Source of the DNA: a virus
Length of the DNA stretch: 51,138 bases
IMG/VR virus record: IMGVR_UViG_3300002054_000001
Span: 1-51,138 of that record
Strand: one strand, 5' to 3'
In this document: positions 9,356 to 15,922 of the stretch, one piece after another
Layout of the letters: each line of letters starts with the position of its first letter
How positions within the stretch are numbered: position 1 is the stretch's first letter
Made by a program: the position numbers and the translations under genes
Notes under the pieces: generated by a model
Seen by the model: only the letters and a program-made list of their open reading frames with translations
Database searches by the model: none
What the model was told of the DNA's origin: nothing

Positions 9356-9592
9356 ATGCTATCAGACAAGTTTGCATTTTTGGGATCGACTCGTTTCTGG
9401 GCGATGGTCATCGGCCTCGTCATGGTATACCTCGAAGCTAAGGGGTGGATCGGAGAGCTAGAAGCGAAGCTCATCGAAGGACTCATGGCTGGCTTCATCA
9501 CTGTGCGAACAGTAGACCGAGCCTTCGAGAAGTCAGGATCTGTAGATACTGGCAAGACTCCAATGCCTAATCAACCTATAGAACACTTCTAA
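9356..9592 (+). CDS. holin-like small membrane protein (78 aa, two hydrophobic segments)
   Basis: Hydrophobic segments FWAMVIGLVMVYL and LIEGLMAGFITV. Lies immediately upstream of the M23 peptidase (TAATATG junction). Confidence 0.5.
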   Translation: MLSDKFAFLGSTRFWAMVIGLVMVYLEAKGWIGELEAKLIEGLMAGFITVRTVDRAFEKSGSVDTGKTPMPNQPIEHF

Positions 9593-9593
9593 T

Positions 9594-10214
9594 ATGCCAT
9601 TTCATCGCATTGCACATACCTCAAAAAACTACTACCCAGTGGGTACGATCGTAAAGAAGGGACAGCCAATCGCAGAGATCGGAAACGCAGGAGGGTTTTA
9701 CAAAGGAGCAGCACACGTACACTGGGACATCTTTCGAGATCGTCCTGGTTCATGGTTGGAGTACACGCAGGGAAAGCTCAGATCAACAGTAGAGAAAATC
9801 TACATTGATCCTGTGGAGTACGGAGGAGCAAAGACAATACTTCCAAACGTCACGCATTTCGGTTGGAGGCATCTCGACAAGATACGTTTCCTCTACTACC
9901 ACGCAGGACTCGATGTAAACAGTGGCGGCGGTGACAATGACTTCGGTGATGTGATCCTCTCTCCAGTAGACGGAGTAGTGGAGCATGTAAAATCATCTCG
10001 TGATGTAGACGCATGGGGTGGTATGACAGTCATCGGACAGCTATCTGTGATGAACTCACCTATATCTACTCCACCACCGATTGTGACTCCAAGTGGCCCA
10101 GTAGAGGTTATAGGAGCAGCAGGTATCAATCCTCGTATGGACACAGTACCAATACAGCTCACATGCGAAGAAGAACTCGCAGAATACAAAAAACGCTTTG
10201 GCCCACTCTTGTGA
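9594..10214 (+). CDS. M23-family (LytM/lysostaphin-type) peptidoglycan peptidase; motif order appears permuted
   Basis: KKGQPIAEIGNAGG..AAHVHWDI (the HxH half) precedes YYHAGLDV..VILSPVDGVV (the HxxxD half). Sits in the lysis-cassette position. Confidence 0.7.
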   Translation: MPFHRIAHTSKNYYPVGTIVKKGQPIAEIGNAGGFYKGAAHVHWDIFRDRPGSWLEYTQGKLRSTVEKIYIDPVEYGGAKTILPNVTHFGWRHLDKIRFLYYHAGLDVNSGGGDNDFGDVILSPVDGVVEHVKSSRDVDAWGGMTVIGQLSVMNSPISTPPPIVTPSGPVEVIGAAGINPRMDTVPIQLTCEEELAEYKKRFGPLL

Positions 10215-10286
10215 AAAAGAAAAAGAAGTCACAAAAAAAGAAGCAACGCAGAGACAAGCGCAGAAATAAGAAACTAAAGAAACAGA

Positions 10287-10466
10287 ATGAGTGATCGCTT
10301 CATGGTATACATACCGAACTTTTACGACCACCTGAAAAAGTGGCAAGAAGAACGATCTCTGAAATCTAAGGAGATGCGACTTGTGCAATGCAAAAAGTGT
10401 GACGAGTGGATATACCTTGCTCGCTATGAAAGGTGTCGCTGTGCTAAAATGGAAACAGCATCATAG
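10287..10466 (+). CDS. small Cys-containing protein (59 aa); not in the track
   Basis: Hand translation MSDRF...VQCKKCDEW...RCRCAKMETAS. Fills the gap between 10214 and 10476. Confidence 0.4.
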   Translation: MSDRFMVYIPNFYDHLKKWQEERSLKSKEMRLVQCKKCDEWIYLARYERCRCAKMETAS

Positions 10467-10475
10467 GAGAGGTCA

Positions 10476-10667
10476 ATGAACCACATCGAAAATGCTATCA
10501 TCAACACTTTGCTATGCTGCATGTTTCTCGCAATAGCCTGCGTCCTTCTGACGTTTGCTTGCATAGCCATTATCATCGGAGTACCGCTATTCATTATGTT
10601 TTACATATCAACAAAGATCCTCTCATGGTGGGAGGACTTTCAAACGCTCATCGAGAGCAGGAGATGA
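10476..10667 (+). CDS. small membrane protein (63 aa, two TM)
   Basis: Strongly hydrophobic. One of the few genes with an SD-like AGGAGAGG 5 nt upstream. Confidence 0.6.
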   Translation: MNHIENAIINTLLCCMFLAIACVLLTFACIAIIIGVPLFIMFYISTKILSWWEDFQTLIESRR

Positions 10668-10670
10668 AAT

Positions 10671-10967
10671 ATGAAAACGGCAATCGCAATACTCGCAGCA
10701 ATCGCACTACCAGCACTCGCAGTCGAGCCAAAGGTAGAAATGAAAATGGTCGGCGCAGCGCCATGCTTGGATGTAACAGCAGAACCAATGCCAGCCATGT
10801 GTACATACTTCACACTCAACGAGGTAAGGTTTTCTATAAGCTATCGTCGTGACAACAATGAAATGATCTCGATCATCTACTACCCAGTAGACGGAGAGGC
10901 CGAAGTCATCGACCGAGAGCGTATGAAGGAAATCATAAATGCGAAGCAACTGGAAGGTGCAATATGA
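10671..10967 (+). CDS. secreted small protein with an N-terminal signal peptide (98 aa)
   Basis: N-terminus MKTAIAILAAIALPALAVEP. SD-like AGGAGA upstream. Confidence 0.6.
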   Translation: MKTAIAILAAIALPALAVEPKVEMKMVGAAPCLDVTAEPMPAMCTYFTLNEVRFSISYRRDNNEMISIIYYPVDGEAEVIDRERMKEIINAKQLEGAI

Positions 10968-11134
10968 TCGTCCAGTGCCATCGCTGCTGCACACCAATGG
11001 GAAGGGAAAGCGACAAATCGGTAAAGTATGTATGCGGAGTATGCGGCGCAACTCGTATACACTCAGAACCGAAAGCGGTCGAACAACCCAAAGACTATCC
11101 AATGAGAGAAGCAGAACTAGCAAAAAGGAGGTGA
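10964..11134 (+). CDS. zinc-ribbon small protein (56 aa); not in the track
   Basis: ATGA overlap with the upstream gene. Cys pattern CHRCC...CGVCG. Confidence 0.45.
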   Translation: MIVQCHRCCTPMGRESDKSVKYVCGVCGATRIHSEPKAVEQPKDYPMREAELAKRR

Positions 11135-11143
11135 TCTATATCT

Positions 11144-11176
11144 AGGCAGGAAGCTATATGTTTCCTGCCTTTTATG
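11144..11176 (+). terminator. intrinsic terminator ending the late/lysis transcription unit
   Basis: AGGCAGGAA-gctatatgt-TTCCTGCCT followed by TTTTAT. Confidence 0.75.
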
Positions 11177-11196
11177 TATATGTATAACTATTATCC

Positions 11197-11225
11197 TTGA
11201 CTTTTTGTGTAGGATATGATAGACT
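11197..11225 (+). promoter_or_regulatory. sigma70-type promoter (TTGACT, 17 nt spacer, TAGACT)
   Basis: Consensus-like -35 with a 17-nt spacer, directly after the terminator. A 22-codon mini-ORF (11253..11321) lies in the leader. Confidence 0.55.
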
Positions 11226-11327
11226 TATACTGTAATCAAATGAGACAAGAAAATGGGTGAACCTAAACAACAAGAGCCTATCACTTTCGAGGACAGACTT
11301 GAAAGCGGTACGCTCGAATAAAAAACT

Positions 11328-12101
11328 ATGTCAGACAAAAACAAAAGTATGGCCAATGTGCGTGAGGCTTTCAGTAACGCAAACGACTACGAGATCGTCC
11401 CAGGTGAAGGGATCAAGAAAAAGGAAGCGGTGGTAGTGAAAGCTCACACTCGCAAAGTGACTCCAAAAAAGGTGACGACGAAAAAGACTGCTAAGAAATC
11501 TAAGAAGCGTATGCCAGTAAAAACTATTGCAAAGACTGTAGCATGGCTTCTCGTGATACAAATGGTTGCAGGATACTTTGCATACGCATGGTACTTGCAC
11601 GGCAAGCTCGGAGAGGAGATCATGTCACTCACAGGAGAGACGATCATAGTAGAGAAAATAGTAGAGATAGAAGTCGAACCAACAAAGTCATCACCAGTCG
11701 AGACAACACACAAGGCTGAGAGTGATGAGATCGCAGAGTTCCGAAAACATATCAAAGCATACTTCCCACAGGAGGAAGAAGCCAACGGTATGAAGATGAT
11801 AAAGTGTGAAGGCAAGAACGATCCCAACGCACTGTACGAAGTCAAGGGAGTGGAGTATTCTGTAGGACTATTTCAGATCAATCTCTATGACAAAAAGACT
11901 GGATGGCTTCTCGGAGAACAGAGAGCTGCCTATGCAAAGAAACACATGGGCTACACTGGCTCAGATCTCAAAGACTTCGAGGCATGGCTAAAAGTCCCAG
12001 AGAACAATATCCAATACGGATCACACATCTGGGAGCGACATGACTGGGGTAGCACAGCATCATGGTTCAACTGCGCACGCTACACTGGGATCGTAAAGTA
12101 A
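11328..12101 (+). CDS. membrane-anchored lysozyme-like / lytic transglycosylase-domain protein
   Basis: Lys-rich N-terminus, TM segment VAWLLVIQMVAGYFAYAWYL, then CEGKNDPNALYEVKGVEYSVGLFQIN (catalytic-Glu plus GLxQIN pattern). Confidence 0.6.
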   Translation: MSDKNKSMANVREAFSNANDYEIVPGEGIKKKEAVVVKAHTRKVTPKKVTTKKTAKKSKKRMPVKTIAKTVAWLLVIQMVAGYFAYAWYLHGKLGEEIMSLTGETIIVEKIVEIEVEPTKSSPVETTHKAESDEIAEFRKHIKAYFPQEEEANGMKMIKCEGKNDPNALYEVKGVEYSVGLFQINLYDKKTGWLLGEQRAAYAKKHMGYTGSDLKDFEAWLKVPENNIQYGSHIWERHDWGSTASWFNCARYTGIVK

Positions 12102-12120
12102 ACAATCTATAGTAGACAAT

Positions 12121-12852
12121 ATGGCAAAGAAGACGACGGCAAAAAAACAGGTGGCAGCAGGTAAGCCACGCAAGGAGGTGGCAGTTGGAAATCAGGGAGG
12201 TGCAATCAAGACCTATGACATCAACAAGCCACAGTACCTCACACAGATGTCGCTCACTGTGAAGACTCACATCAGAGCGCACAAGCTATCCACACAGATC
12301 GCAGGAAAGGACTACGCACATGTAGACGCATGGCAGTTCGCAGGAGGACTCCTCAATATCTACCCAGAGATCACCAAGGTGGAAAACATGAGTACCGACA
12401 AAGAAATCAAGTGGTACGCAGAGTGTGTGTTGTACAACTCAAAGCGAGAGATGTGTGGGTTTGGCGCAGCACTATGTTCAAACCTGGAGCAGAAGAAAAA
12501 GAGCTTTGATGAGTACGCAATCCTATCAATGGCTCAGACACGAGCAGAGGGTAAAGCGTTCCGCAACAAGATCGGCTTCATCATGAACATGGCTGGATAC
12601 GAAGTGACTCCTCGTGAGGAGATGAAAGGTGAGGCTGATAAGAAGCAGGAGAAGAAAGAACCAGACACTACAGTACAGTACAGTGCAGTAGTACAGAAGG
12701 CTCGTGATCTGCTCAACAAGAACCTGAAAACAGATAAGGAAAGACTGGAGTTTGTGAACCAGATCCTACCAGAAGATCTCAAAGATCTTGATGATATGGA
12801 TGATGAACAAGCACAGTCAATCTCAATCGCAATCTTAACCGCTAAAAAATAA
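12121..12852 (+). CDS. putative single-strand annealing / recombination protein
   Basis: Motif SMAQTRAEGKAFRNKIGF. Position immediately upstream of a PD-(D/E)XK exonuclease. Family not firmly recognised. Confidence 0.4.
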   Translation: MAKKTTAKKQVAAGKPRKEVAVGNQGGAIKTYDINKPQYLTQMSLTVKTHIRAHKLSTQIAGKDYAHVDAWQFAGGLLNIYPEITKVENMSTDKEIKWYAECVLYNSKREMCGFGAALCSNLEQKKKSFDEYAILSMAQTRAEGKAFRNKIGFIMNMAGYEVTPREEMKGEADKKQEKKEPDTTVQYSAVVQKARDLLNKNLKTDKERLEFVNQILPEDLKDLDDMDDEQAQSISIAILTAKK

Positions 12853-12856
12853 CACT

Positions 12857-13696
12857 ATGCCAGCGAAACCAGACAAATCAATGATGCTCTATAACGGAGA
12901 AGTTCAGGTAGACTTCTTCGAGAACATGCACCGCTACTCAGTAGATGGAAAGCGTAAGTTCGGAGCTACAACATACACAGGTATCCTAGACAAATCTGCT
13001 GCGCTTATGGGTTGGGCTGTGAAAGAAATGGCAAAGACCCTAGAGGCAGGTATCGACGAAGGACGAGAGATCAATAAGGGCTTCGTGCAGTTCGCAAAGG
13101 ACTCACACCGCCGCAAGTCAGAGGAGGCTAAGGATAAAGGTAAGGAAGTGCATGAGTACGCAGATGAGTATGCAAAGGCTCAGATAGCAGGCTCAGAGAT
13201 CCCACAGCCACCTCAGGGCGACGAGGAAGTGACAAATGGATGTATTGCCTTCCTAGACTGGGTAAACACGCATGGGATACGTTTCGTGGACGCTGAGAGG
13301 CTAGGGTTCAGTAGAGAGTACGACTATTGTGGGTTCGTCGATCAGGTATTCACAATGGATGCTACAAACCACGAGGTACTTCACATAGGAGACATCAAGA
13401 CTGGAAACCCAAAAAAGGTGACTGGACAGAAGAAGGGAGAGTACATCATCAAGGGATACATGCCGTACCCAGAGCATCGTCTACAGGTTGGAGGATACCA
13501 GAACATGCTCGTAGAGGAAGATGTATACACGCTGCCGTTTGGCTCACAGTTCATAACATATCTCTCGAAAGAAAATGGTAACTTCAATTCTTTTGAAATC
13601 CCAGAAGCAGAGATTGATGTAAACATCGAGGCTTTCCTTGCTTGCGTCAAGCTAAAAAACACTATCAAGCTCGTGGATAAATTGCCTAAAGCATAG
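12857..13696 (+). CDS. PD-(D/E)XK (RecB/Cas4-like) exonuclease
   Basis: GFVDQV ... HIGDIKTG ... LQVGGYQNM (D, DxK and QxxxY motifs in order). Confidence 0.65.
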   Translation: MPAKPDKSMMLYNGEVQVDFFENMHRYSVDGKRKFGATTYTGILDKSAALMGWAVKEMAKTLEAGIDEGREINKGFVQFAKDSHRRKSEEAKDKGKEVHEYADEYAKAQIAGSEIPQPPQGDEEVTNGCIAFLDWVNTHGIRFVDAERLGFSREYDYCGFVDQVFTMDATNHEVLHIGDIKTGNPKKVTGQKKGEYIIKGYMPYPEHRLQVGGYQNMLVEEDVYTLPFGSQFITYLSKENGNFNSFEIPEAEIDVNIEAFLACVKLKNTIKLVDKLPKA

Positions 13697-13698
13697 AT

Positions 13699-14334
13699 AT
13701 GGCAACGAAAAAAGCAACAAAGAAAGCGGCAAAAACTGTCGCCTTCGACAAGACGGACTTCAAGGCCTTGAAGAAGGCATACCTCTCAAACACACTAGAG
13801 AACTTCATCAACTCTGAGATGGGTAAAGGCAAGAACCTCAACACAGATGAGATGATAAAGTACCTGGAGACGATCGAGGTGGAGCGTAAGGAGAAGATCA
13901 TGTCGATGGCAAACTTCATGTCTACCACCGACAAAGCTCCGAGTATCACAGACGAAGGCAAAGCTGTGGAGGACGAGGAGAAGATCAAGATCCACAAGAG
14001 TATCAAGGAAGCGGAGAAGTGGCTGGCGCACTATGCTGCGATCGCTGGGAGGGCGAACGAACGTGCAGTGCAAGACGAGCTACAGAAGATCGGACATGCT
14101 CTCACAGCCTTGGAGATCGACATCAAACGCTATCGCTATCTGATGTATCAGAAGTACATGCGCAAGATGTTTGAACTCTGGGGTGAGGAGATACGTCTCG
14201 GATCTCGAAAGGAAGCAGAAGACTTTGCAGCAACTACAGAGGAGTATTATAAGTTCAAATCAGCATACGCACTGGAGACATCTGCGACTGATGTGATCGT
14301 AAACTGCCGCAAGGAGTTCGCAAAGTTTAACTAG
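13699..14334 (+). CDS. hypothetical coiled-coil protein (211 aa)
   Basis: ORF tightly packed after the exonuclease. Lys/Glu-rich helical composition. Confidence 0.6.
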   Translation: MATKKATKKAAKTVAFDKTDFKALKKAYLSNTLENFINSEMGKGKNLNTDEMIKYLETIEVERKEKIMSMANFMSTTDKAPSITDEGKAVEDEEKIKIHKSIKEAEKWLAHYAAIAGRANERAVQDELQKIGHALTALEIDIKRYRYLMYQKYMRKMFELWGEEIRLGSRKEAEDFAATTEEYYKFKSAYALETSATDVIVNCRKEFAKFN

Positions 14335-14351
14335 CATATATCGCAAAAATA

Positions 14352-14360
14352 TGCTATAGT
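14352..14360 (+). promoter_or_regulatory. extended -10 promoter TGCTATAGT
   Basis: TGnTATAGT at the start of the ORF-free gap. It overlaps the inverted repeat AGCATAT/ATATGCT (14333..14355). Confidence 0.4.
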
Positions 14361-14553
14361 GGGAGAGTGTAATGAGGACGCAGGCCTTCGTGGTCGGCTA
14401 AAGCTAGGCAACTAAGCGATCCCCTCATATCACCTCCTACAAATGCGTTGGTAGCGCAATATAACCTCGTAGCCCTTTCAGTGGGCGGTAAGGCAAAGTG
14501 TTGCGAGGCACTCTACCAAATCGCCGAACGCTCACTGAAAGGGTTTTATTTTT
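14361..14553 (+). ncRNA. candidate structured non-coding RNA (about 190 nt), class unknown
   Basis: 230-nt gap with no ORF. Long helix 14361-14377 / 14423-14438. UUCG-type hairpin at 14383-14395. 15-bp helix CCCTTTCAGTGGGCG / CGCTCACTGAAAGGG (14473-14487 / 14529-14543) followed by TTTTATTTTT. Confidence 0.5.
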
Positions 14554-14565
14554 AACCAAGAAAAC

Positions 14566-14832
14566 ATGAAGTACGAAGGAATATCTGTACTTTGCAGGAA
14601 GTCAAAAAAGAAGGGTATAGGATATGGAAATCACAACAACCCAATGGTGGTATGCAAATCATGTAACGAAGATAATCTCGAAGTCAGTATCAGGATGCAC
14701 TACTACCAAAGAGCCAAGGTCGAACTGATGGAGATATTTCTCGGCACTAGAGAAAAAAACGACAGGCCACATGCAGAACTCTACAAGAAGTACACACGAA
14801 AGATCAGAGATAAATACCACTGGACAGTATAA
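14566..14832 (+). CDS. hypothetical basic protein (88 aa)
   Basis: ORF directly after the terminator-like T-run. Confidence 0.55.
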   Translation: MKYEGISVLCRKSKKKGIGYGNHNNPMVVCKSCNEDNLEVSIRMHYYQRAKVELMEIFLGTREKNDRPHAELYKKYTRKIRDKYHWTV

Positions 14833-14853
14833 ACATTATATAAATCTAATTAC

Positions 14854-15021
14854 ATGCTAGAAATACTACTAATCATTGTGCTTGCACCGATCGCACTATA
14901 CATAGTGTTGGTATCATCATACATAGCAATCAGACTGATACAAAAATATGTCTTCATCCAGCTCATTCTATGGGCGATCGTAATGACAGCAATGCTAGTA
15001 TCCTGCCAAGCTATCCAATAA
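14854..15021 (+). CDS. small membrane protein (55 aa, two TM); not in the track
   Basis: Hand translation MLEILLIIVLAPIALYIVLV...LILWAIVMTAMLV. Preferred over the overlapping minus-strand ORF 14850..15044 because all other genes are on the + strand. Confidence 0.45.
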   Translation: MLEILLIIVLAPIALYIVLVSSYIAIRLIQKYVFIQLILWAIVMTAMLVSCQAIQ

Positions 15022-15030
15022 AAAAAGCAA

Positions 15031-15918
15031 ATGAAAGACGACAACTACATCAACATACAGGGGTGGATGGTAAACAGACTAGGGCTGAAAGGCAATACTC
15101 TCATCATCTACGCAATCATTTACGGCTTCTCACAGGACGGAGAGAGTGAGTATCACGGCAGTATGAGGTACATCGCAGACACTCTCGACATCTCAAAAGG
15201 CGGTGTCAAGAAGTGTATCGACAAGCTGCTGGAGTTGGAGATCATCGTCATTTCTAGTGCTGACAAAGTGAACGGCAACAAGTATCAGGCGGTAAACAAA
15301 GTGAACGCAGCCGTTCACAAAGTGAACGCAAGCCGTTCACTAAATGGTACAAATAACAATAACCCTACTTATAATCTAAGTAATAGCGACGACAAGTCGT
15401 CGTCCTCTCATGGGAGTCAAGAGGAACTGGATCAGAGCAGAGGCAAAAAGACGGCAGGATCGTTTCGTGACGAGCGCCGTGTCGAGGCTGGAAAGCCGCC
15501 GATGGAAAAGAAGAAGATCACACAGGAGCAACGTCGAACCTTCGCTGCGGTAGGACTCGCAGAATACTTCCGCCACTACGCTTCCGAGTACACAGGCAAA
15601 ACATACTTCTCACATCCTGAGGATATGAAGTCAGTGAAAAGTGCCAACGGAAAAATGCACAAGGCAATGAAAGCATTTTACAGGCGGTGTGACTTCGATC
15701 TACCAAAGGCAAGAGCGATCATCATCTGGTTCTTTGAAAATGAAGACTACGCATGGACAGAGTACGAACCCAATCACTGCTTCATGGTCAAGACCGTCAA
15801 TGACTACGAGAACAGGGACAAGAAGACTCAGAAGCCTGCCAAGTCATTTCAAGAGAAGGCCGAGCAGGCTAGTAAGGACTCCTTCGATAACGTCGCAGAA
15901 ATAACAATACCAAAATAA
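15031..15918 (+). CDS. replication initiator-like protein with an N-terminal winged-helix domain
   Basis: GSMRYIADTLDISKGGVKKCIDKLLELEII HTH. Lies immediately upstream of the DnaB-type helicase. Contains iterons plus an AT-rich block. Confidence 0.55.
   Translation: MKDDNYINIQGWMVNRLGLKGNTLIIYAIIYGFSQDGESEYHGSMRYIADTLDISKGGVKKCIDKLLELEIIVISSADKVNGNKYQAVNKVNAAVHKVNASRSLNGTNNNNPTYNLSNSDDKSSSSHGSQEELDQSRGKKTAGSFRDERRVEAGKPPMEKKKITQEQRRTFAAVGLAEYFRHYASEYTGKTYFSHPEDMKSVKSANGKMHKAMKAFYRRCDFDLPKARAIIIWFFENEDYAWTEYEPNHCFMVKTVNDYENRDKKTQKPAKSFQEKAEQASKDSFDNVAEITIPK
15264..15404. repeat. putative replication origin: three CAAAGTGAACG iterons (two are palindromic, GTGAACG-N4/5-CGTTCAC), an AT-rich stretch and a GACGAC/GTCGTC inverted repeat
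   Basis: Iteron copies at 15264-15274, 15297-15318 and 15318-15340. AT-rich block 15341-15386. Inverted repeat 15388-15404. Confidence 0.5.
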
Positions 15919-15922
15919 ATCT

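Noticed and set aside
10212-10277. TGA as a sense codon (code 4 or 25) extending the M23 peptidase.
   Set aside because: TGA ends many genes exactly at ATGA or TGATG coupling points (for example 10967, 17941, 18737, 20453, 21342, 23005, 29139). The standard code fits the whole genome.
14440-14475. A tRNA-like fragment (tgcgttggtagcgca) in the non-coding gap.
   Set aside because: There is no acceptor stem, anticodon arm or GTTCGAATC-type T-loop nearby. It is better explained as one hairpin of a larger structured RNA.
14850-15044. A minus-strand 64-aa ORF as the only antisense gene.
   Set aside because: The + strand over the same DNA encodes a clean two-TM 55-aa protein (14854..15021) that fits the unidirectional layout. 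The minus ORF would also collide with the start of gene 15031.
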